Below are positions 10,941-23,737 of a stretch of DNA of 35,886 nucleotides, one piece after another. How positions within the stretch are numbered: the first letter of the stretch is position 1; every line of letters begins with the position of its first letter. The translations under genes were made by a program, and so were the position numbers. Below the pieces are notes generated by a model that searched no databases, was not told the origin of the DNA, and saw nothing but the letters and a program-made list of their open reading frames with translations. Source of the DNA: Callorhinchus milii (Eukaryota); assembly GCF_018977255.1 (NCBI RefSeq), contig NW_024705536.1:1-35886 (forward strand), in the 5' to 3' direction.

Positions 10941-13147
10941 TCACCCCGTGGTGCCCTTATAAAACTCAACGTTTAACCTACTCACGCCGGCTTGTGCCCG
11001 CCCTCACAGTCGGGCATATTTGCGGAATACACCACGCCGCCGTTGACCCTGGCCATTGACCGAGCAACCCAACGTTCCTACCAGCTCCCTCCGCAGCAGG
11101 GATGTGTTTAAAGTGGCTGTTGCAAGGATGGATGCATAAGTATTGATGCAGGCCTGCAAGATATTAAATACAAAGGGGGCTTTGTTCTGATAATCGAGCT
11201 ATATCGTACACTTGCTTTTATTAAAGTCTGGCCGCAACCACTTTTATTTTGCGTGCATTCCTCTGGCAGTGACCCTGGGTGGCGTTATGATTTACACACT
11301 AGTAAGATATCTCGTCTGGAAGAGACTGGAAAAGTGCCATCGTAGTCCCGTGCGCGCATCCACCCCGCAAATGCACCTTTTCAAACACCTGCTGAAAATA
11401 CACCTACCCCGGCCAGCACGGCGCATTCCTAAGACCCAGCCTGCTCTGCAAATCGATTAAGCACCCCACCCCTCTAAGTTTGACAGCGCTCGGCGCAGGC
11501 GCGTGAATGCACACCGTCATTTGGCCTTAATCAAACGAGTTGAATCAACAATGCTGCTTTCTCGAATGCGGTGATGGGTGGAATGTGACATTAGCCACAA
11601 GTCACATTAGCAGCGTTCGCACTGGGTTCCATCTGTGCGTATTAGGATGATCATTTAGCTGTAACGGTGGCCTTAGATTTAAATGTGAAAGTTAATATGC
11701 GAGGAAGATACCGTGTTCTTCTGTCCGGCTGGGCTAATGTCGGACACGTTGGAATGCCAGCCTTCTTTATTCTGGGCAGTGACCTTTTGAAAGTGCTGCG
11801 TGGACATATCTCGGCAACAAAAATAGAGGGAGGGTTCCTTCATCTGTCTGCTGCCTTGCCGAGTGGCTGAACAGCTTGAACCCAGCACTGTGCGGTCACA
11901 ATGAAGCAATGTCCGCTCACAATTGCAGAAATGGTCGTTTCATCAAGCAGTGGATTAGTCGTTCAGCCATGCAGTGACTATCCACCCATTGAGAAGGGCT
12001 ATCATTACAAGGGTTGAAGAGCTGACTAGCCTTATTGCACAGTCATTCGCTCTCCGCTGTTTATTCATGAAGAACCCGCCTTTGCGCTCATCAAGTTAAT
12101 CGTTAGCACATATAAAGTGGGCTGACGTGTCAGGCAATGGCTCTTCTTCAGATCAGAGACAGAGACAAATGGCACGGGGATTGACTTATAGTTGGAGATC
12201 GCACTTTACACCCTGGGACCCTGAGAAGATTGCATTTTAAAGACAGTTTTGTATCACATGTTTATATGAATCAATTACACATATACAGTGCATATTTGAC
12301 TTACTAAGAGTTTTTTTTTAAGTTAAATACTCGATAGTACTCAAAATCAACTAATGTCCTAATGTCAAATGAACGCCGTTCGTCAACTTTCTTTATATGC
12401 CTTAGCTTTGCAGGGCCCCGCAGTGTAAAGTAGCACCACCACCCAACTACGTTAGTGGAAGGGCAACTTCTAGAAATGTCAGTCTACTCCAGGGTTCCCG
12501 TTAAAAGGCTGAGCTTATGACGAACAACTATCGTTCAACTATTGGCGCCGTTTTTCACACATTGCGTTTGCTTTCCAAATAACGTAATAATTATGATAAT
12601 GTGATGCTCATTATAAATTAATTACTTGTTATTTATTAATTTGTTGAAGCAAAAAAAATGCTCATTATGTGCCGTTGGTGTGGATTATGGGTCATAAACA
12701 GACGATGCAGCTAAAAATAACAAAAAGCTAAAAACGAATTTGCTCAACGGGCCTACCGTGGCCTTTTGAACAAATTTTTTTTACAGGAGCACTTTTTTTT
12801 AAGTGGACAAACTCTGAACCGGTCTCAACTCTCAGTCCAATCGGCAGTCGCAGGCCTGTTAGACAAACACCGCTGAGGTTTGCCAATGTCATAAGCGCGA
12901 GCCTTTCACGAACAGTGTTGTGGTCCGCTCGGCGCGAAAAATCAGGATTAAACAAAACTGAGTGGGTGCAGTCAGGGTGAAGGGCTCCCTGTTGGCGATG
13001 CCATCATTGCCAGTGGCCCCATTAAGAAGTTTTCACCGCTCGGCGTGGGTCTCTGTTCCCAGTGTTGTGCGCGACACCTTGCCACCAAACATTGGGTAAT
13101 GGCGATGGGACACACTGGAACTGGTCCAGGCCCGTTACGAATACACG

Positions 13148-13488
13148 TGTAATGACGACTTGACACATCTCTTGAGATGCACTTTATTGAAGACACGTTG
13201 ACACTTAACATCAGGCGGAGATCCCCACCGCAACAGCCCCGAGTCTCCCGCGCATCTCTCCCTTTTATTTACCAACACGAGGCCACGCCCCCTTCTCGAT
13301 CATTCTCGCTAACTCTGGATGCTCGCTCCACCGGCAGACTCCACCATCCTCTTCCGTCGCCTGACCCGCTTCCTTCTCGAACATTCCCGTAGCCACCAGT
13401 CCCTTCGCACTCACAGCTGATACCCCTGTCATTACCTCCCGTGACCACTAGTCCCCTCACACCACAGGCAGGCTCTATTGTCATTACA
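13148..13488 (-). mobile_element. Solo LTR (Gypsy-like, 341 bp)
   Basis: Perfect 9-bp inverted termini TGTAATGAC/GTCATTACA; 4-bp TSD cacg/catg (CpG-type mismatch); AATAAA on minus strand at 13183-13188. Confidence 0.75.
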
Positions 13489-13635
13489 CATGTTGAACTT
13501 CTTTCGCACCGTACGTAGCCAACCGTGCCAATCGGAGGAGCGGGGAAGGACAACCAACTAAACGCAGAATAAAGCAGTTTTATAGAATGTTTTTTTAAAA
13601 ATCTAGATGATTTAAAAGTGCACAGCTCCAGTGGA
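13489..13635 (-). mobile_element. L2-like LINE 3' end fragment
   Basis: Reverse complement of the tail seen at 272-416 and 22235-22380. Confidence 0.6.
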
Positions 13636-13676
13636 TACCTAATATCCTAATATCAGGGAGAGTGTTTGCTGCATAT

Positions 13677-13854
13677 CAGAGTTTCTCAACTGCAGTCCTC
13701 GCCACGAGCCACGGATCAGCTTGCTGTGTTTATCAATCATCGGGGTGCACGTAGTGTGCCCTTGCTTGATTTGCAAGTGAATAGATAGGATTGGCAATGG
13801 TGAAAAGGCGGAGGTGGAGGAAAGTCATGGGGACTGGAGTTGGCAGAAACGCTG
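13677..13854. mobile_element. Small hAT-type MITE
   Basis: Imperfect TIRs cagagtttctcaactgcagtcc / ggactggagttggcagaaacgctg; 8-bp flanks ctgcatat/ctgtagat (6/8). Confidence 0.5.
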
Positions 13855-14594
13855 CTGTAGATGACACGGCCACTGATTGGTATACTTAACACATCCATGT
13901 GTGATTCACAATAAGCTTATTTCGGGTTATAAGTAAATAAAACGACATATACATTCACGAGGCAATTCAAAAAGAAAATAATCCTGAATCATGATATAGG
14001 TGGTAAAAGAATACATGTAAAATTACATCCATGGTATGGCCTTGGCATGTCCTCAATTGCATCCAGGCATGTTCCTGGTGTTTAGCTCGGAGCAGGAAGA
14101 AGACTGCAATTGACTATTGTGTTAAACATAAACACGCCACTGAATAATTACTCTGACAAGGGCGAAGCAGGGGCATGTGATAACCGCCCATTCACACGCC
14201 ATGACCCCTGTTTACGTGTTTACCGGTCGATACATCAGTCTGGCCGCGTAACGCCGCTACCCCGTTAGAGCGTTTGACTCGATCAGCGCTACCGTTCGCC
14301 CCCAGTCGACGCAACGACTACAACTTTGTGTGGAAGTCAACGGTGGTTCTCCAATAGGGAGACTGACTCTTGTCATGGGAACGTGGAATTTCCAACTCTT
14401 GCTCAGGACAGACAATAGACAAGCAATCTGTATTGTTTATTTCAATCGAAAGTTATAACTTCGGTTTTCATAAAATCTCAAGCACTTTTAAACGATACAA
14501 ATGAAAGGAAACTGCGCACATTGTCTCGCTTAATTCAGCATTAATGACGGCACTGCTGGATTTTCACGCTTGTCTATGCAATGCACAATAGATT

Positions 14595-14727
14595 AATTCT
14601 AGATTTGAAACTTTCGTGACTACTTCGGTAAAGTCACGTAGGTAAAAAATGAAATTAAAATTAATAAAAAATGAAATAATTTGATTTCATTTTTTACCTA
14701 CGTGACTTTACCGAAAGAACTAAGAGT
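14595..14727. mobile_element. Fold-back mini PLE with 14-bp TSD
   Basis: TSD atgcacaatagatt at 14581-14594 and 14728-14741; inverted tcggtaaagtcacgtagg/cctacgtgactttaccga arms. Confidence 0.85.
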
Positions 14728-16655
14728 ATGCACAATAGATTGTTCTCTTGGAGTACTTCCATATATTACTGGACTGTGATAAACAACACAACAAGCACCA
14801 CATTGGCTTAATTCAAGTGGACAGATTGGAGGGGGTGGCATTTCCTACCGAGGGAGCAATGCGTATATTTGATGTGGTTCTCTCGTATTAGGGTTCATTG
14901 AACAAGGCCACGGGGTGCGTGATTTAATTCACAAACGGTTACAGATTTAATAATTGCCTTTCTCTCGTCACAGCTGGTGAGGTTTAATGGCTTGAGCACA
15001 ACGAAATATCTGCATTTGATCCAAACGGCTTTGCGGTGCACGTATGGGGGGGGGGGGGGGGGCAGAAAATTGTTCTACCAAAAGGCCCTTCATTTTACGT
15101 GCGTAAAATTGTACGTTAATGTATGGTTTTATTTGTTGAATATTGGAGACGTTCGTGTGGATACGTGGTACAATGGATGGGATAAGATCTGCATGTTAAC
15201 CACATTGTAGTGAGGCACTGTACTGGACATATGTGAAGAAGAGCATTATCGCTCATCGGATTTCTCCAGTAATAAATAAAGATTCTGATTCTAAAATATG
15301 CTGTCGAAGTGGAATTTGTAGAACATTATCTAGGCACAAAGTATTCCACCAGAATACTTCCAGCTATGGGATACCCGAGTTTGGATTCTCAGCCAGAGCT
15401 GACATCAATAGCGTGCGCTATGTGAACCGGTTCCGGTGTACAATGCGATGCTAGTTCGTGGCTAGTTGTGCCTCAGGCTTGTTCCATCTGGCCCGGCCCT
15501 CTAGCTGCTACCGTAGGCGCACACCAGGCTCAACATCCCTGGTGAGTCGGTACAGTCAGCAGCTGCCAACGCCGAACCCCGGGCGTCGGTTAACTAACCG
15601 GACAACTCAGCTTGTCTGAGCCTGGGCGTGTGGAACCCCTGGTGGAGGAAATTCCACCAAAACGGGTCTTTGGACCTTCCACTGCAACCAGGACCATCTC
15701 CAGTCGTCTTGACTACGTCTTGCCACTGGGTACAGATGCGGCTGGTCGAGAGAGTGAGGTTGAATGCTGCGCAAATCACCCTCACTTAAATCCAAGTTCT
15801 CTGCACAAGTCATGGCACTTTTTTTTTACCATCGTTCGTGGACTCACATTACCGCGCCAGGATGTCATAGCTCCAACTAAGGATATGGACAATACACGGA
15901 AACAGCAGGTGAGCTTTACCTGCTGCTCAGCATGTGGTACAAGTGGCTTTATGAGGTCGACTGAGGGATTTGAAGTCCGCGGATTACGCAACGTGGGTAC
16001 GCACGGGATCGCGTGCACTCGTGTGTTTTTTTGGATGATGAAGAAACCTTTGGAGCACCGTACAACGACACAGCATGCAAGAGCTTGGCACGAAAGGTGT
16101 CGCGGGCATTTAATAACTAAAAGACCACGGAACGTACGGTGAAGTTGGTATCTGTTTGCGCGTACGTAATGATGCGCTTTAAAATGGGAATGTTGGTGTT
16201 ATGACAACAATTTTTGTAAAGGAGACGCAGTTAAACGTTGCTATGATCTACGGCCCTGAACTCCAGAAAAATAAAGAGCAAACCAAAAGTTACGGCTCGG
16301 CAAGTTTGATAAAAAACTAAACATTGTTGGAAGACACAGCATGAAAACAAAGCAGAATATGCTGGCGGTAAATATTTTATCAAACGTGGATCTGGATGAA
16401 GACGATTAAAGGAGGCAGGATTGGTGATTCCGGTACAATAACTTTCAAACGACGTATCGAACGTGCTTCGCTCAGTAAGACCGCATTTAATGAATACGTC
16501 CTTGTAAGCCACGACACGGATCAGAGAGGCATAGACAATGCAGCAATACTGGATGGTGTACATGGAAGCGTTGAGGAGGTTGCGTGTCGGGGAAATTGCA
16601 GTTTTACCGATGGGGAGGAAAGCGCGGATCATGGAAACAAATGCAGATGGAGCAA

Positions 16656-17085
16656 TCTCCATTATATATGAAAGGCAAAGGGATATGTGTGTCTGTTCAA
16701 ATGTTTAGCTACTTCCCGATATGCAACAAACTGGAAATTTGCCATGTGGGTACTTTCCAGACTGTACACCATGCAAAAATTATAAAAATAGAGTTTAGCA
16801 TTTTTTTGGCGGAGGGGGCTCAAATAATGCATATATTTTTGCACGGCAAGTGAGCTGTGACGTCACATCTGTCACGTGACCCGCGCACGTGGAAGCGTAA
16901 CGCATTGCAGTGTAGAGCTTAGCCACCACCGGTGACGATTATTTGAACCGGCCCTGGGCCTCCCCTAGGTCGACTCAGCCTCGAACGAGTAACTGGTGCG
17001 GTGTGTGAACATCGCCACTGGGGAGACAAAGGCGGCCGGGCGTGGTGAATCTAAGTCCCGGGCGAAGCCGGGTAGTTAAAGCGAG
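16656..17085 (+). mobile_element. Non-autonomous Helitron (related family) with SINE fragment
   Basis: A|TCTCCATTATATATGAAAG...gtgtgtctg start; SINE central domain ~16926-17047; hairpin cccgggcgaagccggg at 17057-17072; degenerate CGAG|T end. Confidence 0.55.
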
Positions 17086-17227
17086 TGAGTTATAAGAGTC
17101 CACTGGGCGTGTAAAATAGTCAGACGGTAACACATTGCCACCCGGTGGCGGATCGGGCACTGCATTTCACGAAATTTGGCGTTGCACTTCACTGTCGGTC
17201 TGTGTGTGTGTCAGCGTTCTTCATTGC

Positions 17228-17516
17228 GGGAGCGGGAGCGGAGCGCTACGAACCCGGAGACCCGAGTTCGATTCCCGCTCACGGCCAAACACCGGTGACG
17301 ATTATCTGAACCGGTAACCTCCTCCCCTAGGTCGACTCAGCCTAGAATGAGTCACTGGCGCGGTGTGTGAACATCGCCACTGGGGAGACAAAGGCGGCCG
17401 GGCGTGGTGTTGGCCACCCACCCCCTCGCGTGCCACAGTGCCGGCCTTCATAGGTGCTCGCTAACAGCACTTGCCCCTACAGTCTGTTCGTGATATTGGG
17501 GGATCTTTGTTCTTTA
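17228..17516 (+). mobile_element. tRNA-derived SINE (5' degenerate)
   Basis: B box gagttcgattcc; same body and tail as 26078-26388. Confidence 0.8.
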
Positions 17517-20129
17517 TTGCAAGGCCTGCGACAATACACATTATAGCGTATCCCGGGTACCAAATAATACTAAATGGGCCGAGGCAATTCAATATTTTAT
17601 TTCTGGGACACGATTTTTCCCAGGGTCTACTTAACTCCGCGACTGGGGTACCTATCAGTCCGCAATCAGTGCCACACTCCGCGATGTCGCGGCACGCACC
17701 GTAGCGGTGCATCGTGTACAGCTCGTCGAGATGAGTCGATTGCCGCATCGCCGACCATCAACAGACTAACAAGTGACTGCATCACTGACATTGTGCGAGA
17801 GCCGGGGTACTATGGTACCCTCAGGGACGTGCGGTCAGGGGAGGCAGGGGAGGCTGAGCCTCACCTGTCATACTCCAATGAAACTAGCTGTTACGAAAAG
17901 TAAAAAAAATAATCAAATGAAATAAGTATTAAGATTTTTCCTACTGTGTTATAAATGTAATTTCTGTACGATTCCAATCATTTTTTAGTGAAAATTGCCA
18001 AATTTGCGGAGCTTCGCTGCAAATACAGGAAGAGACGAGAGGTGAGGCAGCGACGAGCTCAGCCTCCCCTCTGATTGCGCAACCCCTCAGTAACTGGATG
18101 GAGCGCGGGCAATAAGCGCGTGCCTGTTACTATCTCAGTATGTCACCAATGTAATGTTTGTAGACCCCTTCATTTCATGTCCTCGCCTTCCATAGCCCAG
18201 GTAACTTATTTCACGTATGTGTATACATAAAGATATTTAGGCTCACTGGTCTCGTCATAAAACTGTAATGAAAAGCACCAGGGGAGGCAGCGATCACATC
18301 TGCCTCACTGAGGAGGGCGTGTCTTGAGCCCACGTAATTGACGCTCGCTCTCCCTCCACGTTAGCCAGCTCTAGCAAAAAAATTCCAGCGGCTGCAAAAA
18401 TGGAAAACGTTATATCTAACCTTAAAATTTCTCAAAATTGGACTTTCAATCAAAACAGGGAGTGATAAACAATGGAAGACCAATGCCTGAGCTTAAGGAC
18501 CTACTTCAAACGAAGGGACAGAAAATAACACGGTCGTTTCAAATGGAGTGGTACCAACGAAAGACTGGCTGTGTGGCTGTGCTACGAAGAATCGCCTTAC
18601 TGCTTCCCCTGCCTTCTGTTCTCCACTACCGACAACGTTTGGACTAACGCGGGATTTTGTGACTTGAAAAATCTACCAAGGAGCCTCAACAAACATGAAA
18701 AATCGACAACTCACATTCAAAGCCAAATTGCTTTAAAAACTTTTGGAGCTTCAAGGATAGATCTGGCTTTGAATGAACAGCGGAGATTAAATATCAGCAT
18801 CCACAATGCTAAGGTAAAGGAAAACCGTGAGGTTTTAAAAGACCTTATTAATGCGACCTGCTTCCTAGCCAAACAGGAATTAGCATTTCGTGGTAACGAT
18901 GAGAGTGCAAGCTCTTCTAATCGTGGCAACTATGTGGAGCTATTACATGCTTTTGCTGAGAAAGATTAAAAGTTAGCTAGACATTTGGAGACATCCACTG
19001 TGTTTTCTGGCTTATCAAACAGAATACAGAACGATTTAATCGAAGCAGTCGGTGATGTAATTAGAAATGATATCAAAGAGGAGATTAATGCAGCCCCATT
19101 TGTTGCAGTCGAAGTAGACGAGACAACGGATGTCACAAACAAAGCCCAGGTCTCTGTAATTTTGGTTATGTGGCTAAAAGTGAGGTGACTTGTGAGGTGA
19201 GGGAGGCGTTCTTGGGATTTGATGATGTCAGTGATGACAGACAAGCACCGGCTATTGCTGATTATGTTTTGGGAGTGTTGGGGAAATACAATTGCGTTGA
19301 AAAGCTGGTAGCTCAGACTTATGACGGAGCCTCTGTGATGGCATCAGATCTTAATGGGGTGCAGGCCAAGATTAAAGAAAAGGTACCTGAAGCCACGTTT
19401 ACCCATTGTTATGCACACAAATTGAACCTGGTGCTCTCGCATTCAGCAAAATGTATGCCTGAGTGTAAAACTTTTTTAAACAGTTGAGGGACTTGCGACG
19501 TTTTTCAATAAGTCGACCAAGCGCACCCACCTACTGGACGATGTTGTGAAGCGACGTTTAACAAGAGCAGCGCCCACGAGATGGAGCTCAAATTCTAGAC
19601 TAGTTCAGACGATCAGCATGTAGCAATCTGATCTGCGTGCTGTGTTCCGGATTATGAGCGAAAATCCCGATGGTTGGGACAATGACACCCTGATGATGGC
19701 CGCCGGATATGATCTCTGGCTGTCAAAAGCATCAACCTGCTTCTTCATAATGGCATATGAGGGCATTTTCAATGAAACCGATGCACTCTTTCGTGTGCTG
19801 CAGAATAAAGTAATGGACATTGGATTCTGCTGTGCGCGAATCCGCGACACAATGGGAGTTGTGGAACGCCAGAGACAAGAGTTTGACAGTTTCTATGATC
19901 GATTCGAGCAGAAATGCGTCACACTTGGCCTGACAGACAATGCCCGAAGTAAACAGCCGAAAAGAATGTTTTATAACATTCTGGACAATATCAGTGTTCA
20001 AATGAAAGCTAGGTTTGATCATTTCGGTGAGCTAACTTTCCTTGGTTTGGTTGATTGCACGAAATTTTATTAAATGTCACAACATTTCGATGACACCAAA
20101 CTGCAGAGCCTATTAAAATATGCATGGTA

Positions 20130-20358
20130 TACTCTTTGGTTCTTTCGGTAAAGTCACGTAGGTAGAAAAATAATAAAAGAAAAAACTGCTGAAGTAGGGC
20201 TTACTTAAGCAGTTTTTTCTTGCTGTGGTTGTCCCACCTGATGACGATTGCTTGTGTTGCGATCGAAACGTCGTGATCTATTATTTTTCTACCTACGTGA
20301 CTTTACCGAAAGAACCAAAGAGTGTGGATTACTGTAGTCACGAAAGCTTCAAATCAAG
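20130..20358. mobile_element. Fold-back mini PLE inserted in the hAT transposase
   Basis: TSD atatgcatggta (20118-20129) / atatgcaaggta (20359-20370). Confidence 0.85.
20235..20275 (+). ncRNA. Minimal type I hammerhead ribozyme motif
   Basis: cac-CTGATGA-c-gattgc(ttgtgtt)gcgatc-GAAAC-GTC-gtg: stem I cac/gtg, 6-bp stem II, palindromic ACGT in place of stem III. Confidence 0.8.
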
Positions 20359-21159
20359 ATATGCAAGGTACTTTGACTTTGTTAGACTAAAGGCTGACTT
20401 TATCGGATTGTATAGTTCACAAATGGCGAGGAACGCATACAAATCAGCTCCTCAGTTTTTTGGCCCAGAATGATTTGATGCAGACGGTTCCCGAGGCGAC
20501 AAAGTTACTCCAGCTGGTGCTCACTATACCAGCTACAACAGCGTCCGTTGAAAGGTCGCTCTCTACTTTGAAACGACTCAAACATACATTCGGAATCGGA
20601 CCGACCAAGGAACGACTTTCATCCCTGGCAATCATCTCTATTGAGATGGAGAGACTTTTAAAACTAAAAGAGAATAAAGATGACTTCTACAACAAAGTCA
20701 CTGACATATTTGTCCAGAAGGAGAGGCGAATGGACTTCATTTACAAGTAAAGGTAAGACCATGCAATATATATTTTCATTTGTGTTGAATGAGTACGAAT
20801 AGTGGAACTGCATTCGCCTATAAAACGTGAACCAAATACGTAACTCACCTGTATGCGTGTGTTGTAAAGAATGCTGATATGAAATATGAAACATACGGCC
20901 GCCTAACCAATAGTCATTGTGCAACCTGCCAATTGAATGGTGAATTTAAGCTACTTCTATCGGGTTCATATGTGTGTAAGTCTGGCTCTGATACTAGCCA
21001 GTGCCTCCCCAACCATTGACCTCACCGTACGTCATAAGGTTAATATGGTGAAAACTCCCCAATGGATTCAGATGCGTGGGCCACAGCCCTCACACACTGA
21101 CGTCTTATTGTCAATATAGTGCCCTACTCCCCCTCTGAAAATAAGTGAAAGGACACTGT

Positions 21160-21310
21160 ACGTTGAACTTCTTTCGTACCCTACTCATTGCGAGTAGCAG
21201 TTCTAAACAAACGAGTGAACGTGGCACCATTGCTCCCCAGTGGCTTCTCCCGGCATCGGAAGGAAGAACGTTCCAGACGGCCCCAGGAGGGGGCAATTCT
21301 GAGGGCCGGT
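21160..21310 (-). mobile_element. L2-like 3' fragment
   Basis: Minus strand encodes AVWNVLPSD and ends in cgaaagaagttcaacg. Confidence 0.5.
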
Positions 21311-21769
21311 CCTTTTTCGTCCAATTGGTTTGCCCACAGCGGCTGCTGTGAAGATGTTTTAAACTGGGGAGCAGTGCCAATTCCCCCAATCGCGCCACTG
21401 TGTGGCCAGTTGTGTAAGGCCCTTGACACACACAACGCGTTGTACCACGTGTTCTAAACCTCTGTTCAAACGCGTGTTGGTAATAGCAAGGCTCGGTCAT
21501 AACTGAGGGATTATAAAAGTGGGTGGCAGCTGCTTCATTTATTGTCATGGGTACTTTGCCCTGGGTCCAATCTGGCAATCAGGCCTTTTCACGCCAGTGC
21601 GATTTTAAGAATTTTCTCCACTGTACCACGGCGGGAGATTGAATGGAACTAGCGTTCCTCTGGATTGCAAGTCTTACGGATATGTTTATACACAGGTCTC
21701 ACTCATTTCACACAAAGTGCTTGCCACGAATGAACCACAATACCTTGCTGATCTCGCCAAGGAGCATAA

Positions 21770-22088
21770 GGGGGCCGTCCATAAATGACGTCACGCGATT
21801 TTGGACGATTTTTTAACCCCCCCCTCGTCACACGGCGTCACAAAAAGTTAGACCCCCCCTCAAATATGACGTCACAAAGCTCTGCCCCATCCCAAAAAAA
21901 CATGCTTCAAATCGCTTTAAACTATTGTCATTGTAGTGCGCATTTAATGTGTCTGTCTATATTTATTTAAAGTTGCGCATTTTGATGTGACGTCATCATT
22001 TTTCAAACCCCGCCCCCCTCTTCACACATCGTCACAAATGTCTGACCCCCCCCCCCTTAGGTGCATGACGTCATTTATGGACGGCCCC
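21770..22088. mobile_element. MITE, PIF/Harbinger-like (TAA TSD)
   Basis: 23-bp TIR GGGGCCGTCCATAAATGACGTCA, flanked by taa/taa; internal cgtcaca repeats. Confidence 0.75.
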
Positions 22089-22149
22089 TAAACCATCATG
22101 ACGCGAACTCCGGTCATCCTCGCAGCGAATTTTGGCGAACCACTGAACA

Positions 22150-22380
22150 AAGGCGGTGGTCACCGCATCGCGCGCTTCCAGATGCGTTTCTGCGGCCGTC
22201 TGGAACGCTCTTCCTGCCGATATTGGGAAGCCATTGGAGCTACGCACTTTTAAATCATCTAGATTAAAACTAACTTCTTCAAACTGCTTTTCGTGTTTAG
22301 TTCGTTGTCATTCCCCCCCCTCTCGTACCTCCAATTAGCGTGGTTGGCTACGTATCGTGCAAACGAAGTTCAACATATAA
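22150..22380 (+). mobile_element. L2-like LINE 3' end (RT C-terminus plus tail)
   Basis: SAAVWNALPADIGKPLELRTFKSS.LK resembles the L2 WN.LP...FK..LKT.LF terminus; followed by the family tail. Confidence 0.65.
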
Positions 22381-22950
22381 GTTAACGGGGTAATGTAAAT
22401 CCAAACAACCAACACGCTTTGTGCTTGGGTTTATAAACGCGTATAACGCATGCCTGTACCTCGTGTTGTTTTGGGTACCGTAACGATCATCGTCAGCCAT
22501 GAAGGCTTCTCCATTGGTGTCGCCATCTCACGTGGTCTCGTGATGTCACAATCCACCTCACCCCGACACCCGCCCCCGATCAGCATGGCTGTCTACGTAC
22601 GGCGCGAAAGACGTTCAACACACAGTGCACACATTGAGAACCGATGCTCGCACCTGCTCTGCATTTTATGCACGTGCTTTGTTGAGAACTTCTTTCGCGC
22701 CGCACGTAGCCAGCCGTGAGGTGCGTTAGAAGGGCAACAAACTAAACACGCACAAAAAGCAGTTCACGATAACTCCATGCGATTGATTTAAAGTCACGGC
22801 TGTGACTTCTCCTCCCACTTCCGTACCCATCGCTTTGCTGACCCTTTGCTCCTTCTAAGTCCAATTCTTATCAGGCGCCGTTCGCCCACGAGCCCGGCAC
22901 ATGTATTTCACTCGTCGGTATACCAACCCTAAGGTGGCGTGGCTTTAAAG

Positions 22951-23341
22951 CAGGGGTCGGGAACCTTTTTGACTGGGAGAGCCATAAAAGCCAAATATTT
23001 CTAAATATATTTCATTGAGAGCCATATAGTATTTTTTACGTATAATAAATTAAATATGTCTTACTTTTGATGCGACTTCTGGTGCTGCATGGTGTTGCTG
23101 ATGGCCTTGTAGTCTGGTTCATATGTGGTGAGGTGAGCTTCATGCAGGCGTGACCCGTGACATTTATCTTCAAAACTAATTTCTGTTAACTTTAAAATGA
23201 CACAGTATTATTATGCAATTTCACAAGTATTTTAAAATCAGTTCCAAACTGATTTTTTTTCAACTCAAAATTGTCTGGGAGCCATATGCCGTCACTAGAA
23301 GAGCCATATATGGCTCACGAGCCATAGATTCCTGACCGCTG
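22951..23341. mobile_element. Non-autonomous hAT (Charlie-like) element
   Basis: TIR caggggtcgggaacct / agattcctgaccgctg; 8-bp TSD ctttaaag/ctttagag with central TA; gagccata subterminal repeats. Confidence 0.8.
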
Positions 23342-23477
23342 CTTTAGAGGTTACAAATTATTAATGAGGCCAATGACACAGCGCATTATGTGATGTCCAC
23401 TTGATATGAGTTGGGGGTTATCAACATAACTAATTGTCATTATCATGGGACCTCCTTTGCCAGTACCAAAATATGAG

Positions 23478-23737
23478 AATAGGTTTTCCCCTTTTTTCTG
23501 GAACAACACAGGTGTTAAGTTGTTAAAACACCAAACTGTAACCTTTTACAAGGAATCATGTCTGCATTAACCACAATAGTTTCAAAGACAATGCATATAT
23601 TATCAGTGTGTTTTTGTTTGCATTCTGACCACAAGTATTGTGGTTAATGCAGACATGATTCCTTGTAAAAGGTTTCAGTTTGGTGTTTTAACATCTTAAC
23701 ACCTGTTTTGTTGCCAAAAAAAAGGGTAACACCTATT
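23478..23737. mobile_element. Fold-back MITE-like element with ~100-bp inverted arms
   Basis: aataggt...acaggtgttaag..aaggaatcatgtctgcattaaccacaata is mirrored at ~23636-23737. Confidence 0.7.

Larger units (their letters stand above)
18400..20750 (+). pseudogene. hAT transposase pseudogene (ZMYM1-like; TTF-type zinc finger, DUF4371, hAT dimerisation domain)
   Basis: Motifs RSFQMEWY/YCFPCLLF, LAFRGNDES..NRGNY, VDETTD, QTYDGASVM, HCYAHKLNL, PTRWSS, TIPATTASVERSLSTLKRLK, ending MDFIYK*; multiple frameshifts/stops and a PLE insertion. Confidence 0.92.
17822..21037 (+). mobile_element. hAT DNA transposon, decayed
   Basis: Imperfect TIR cagggacgtgcggt / accgtacgtcataa, subterminal gaggca repeats, internal transposase; no clean 8-bp TSD. 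Confidence 0.8.

Noticed and set aside
12490..12950. Possible DNA-transposon fragments (cagggttcccg... here; ggttctcaaact at ~1045)
   Set aside because: Only one end visible; no matching TIR or TSD found.
15594..16671. ORFs of 176, 143 and 91 aa as host exons
   Set aside because: No recognisable domain or convincing splice structure; cannot be supported without a search.
18400..20750. Host ZMYM1-type gene
   Set aside because: Intronless, flanked by TIRs, many stops and frameshifts: a transposase relic.
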